A stretch of 64,000 nucleotides of DNA, taken from Octopus sinensis (taxonomy: Eukaryota). Every line of letters begins with the position of its first letter. The first letter of the stretch is position 1. The translations under genes were made by a program, and so were the position numbers. Below are positions 63,360-64,000 of this stretch, piece by piece. The notes beneath the pieces are model-generated. The model was not told the origin of the DNA. It ran no database searches and worked only from the letters and a program-made list of their open reading frames with translations. Location of the stretch: NCBI RefSeq assembly GCF_006345805.1, contig NC_042997.1, positions 96,658,001 through 96,722,000 of the forward strand, in the 5' to 3' direction.

Positions 63360-63460
63360 AAATCCACTCACAAGGTTTTGATGGGCCCGAGGCTCTAGTA
63401 GAAGACACTTGGCCACGGTACCACGCCGTGGGACTGAACACCCGAACCATGTGGTTGGAA
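63360..63460 (-). mobile_element. OR-like SINE fragment
   Basis: AAATCCACTCACAAGG..CCCGAGGCTCTAGTAGAAGACACTTG..GTGGGACTGAAC..AACCATGTGGTTGG. Confidence 0.88.
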
Positions 63461-64000
63461 ATATCTCAAAAATAGTATATTTTATCTTAATGTTTTTGCA
63501 TATATATTTTCATATTTACCTTCGGCAGTGCACAAGACAATTTTGTGACATTTGGGCCTCTATTTCTTAACGAAAATGAGTAAACACAATTTTGTACTTA
63601 CTCGTGACATCAACGTGTGTGTGTGTGTGTATATGACTAAAGTTTTATTAGCTTATTACATACTCTTAATTCTGAAGTCCCACGTCCCACCGTTCTGGAA
63701 AAATGCCTGGCCTCCTTCTAAATTCGTTCCCCCACTTTTTACACTGTTGATAAAACATATATCATTAAAATAAGAGATAAGTCAATAACATCACCTCAAA
63801 ATTATGGTATGTGTTACTGATATAAATTGATGCACTTTTATAATTATATTTTCTTTTACTTGCTATGAAATGGTTATGATTGTATTGCCTATGGGAATCA
63901 TAAAATGTCTGGAAAATAATTAAACAATTAATATCATCTTTCAATGTCAATTTTTAAGATGGTAACAAAAACTTCCTCCAGAGGTAGGAAACTAGAGGAA

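Overview
This is an AT-rich, microsatellite-dense metazoan genomic window with no recognisable intact host protein-coding gene. The SINE families resemble, from recall, the octopus OR/OK-type tRNA SINEs, so a cephalopod (Octopus) origin is inferred but not verified. The window is a patchwork of decayed mobile elements. Non-LTR retroelements include R4/Dong-like LINEs in (AAT)n arrays, RTE, CR1 and Tx1/L1-clade LINEs, Penelope-like elements and about 15 SINE fragments. DNA elements include an autonomous-type Helitron remnant, a nested non-autonomous Helitron pair and one mariner. Most long ORFs in the track are microsatellite translations. Five observations stand out. (1) There are eight hammerhead-ribozyme (HHR) motifs from several sequence families. 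(2) One HHR sits in a tRNA-headed, Pol III-type SINE at 34709-35054, with a second HHR tail facing it back-to-back. (3) A 415-bp palindrome at 46046-46460 encodes one HHR on each strand. (4) A 2.15-kb element carrying only a Tx1-like ORF1 (gag-like, CCHC) is inserted with a 15-bp TSD into the tRNA head of a SINE. (5) A candidate TATA-Inr promoter with a GTCACGTGAC E-box and CCAAT lies on the minus strand near 55350-55460. Element boundaries were read by eye and are approximate unless a TSD or terminus is quoted.
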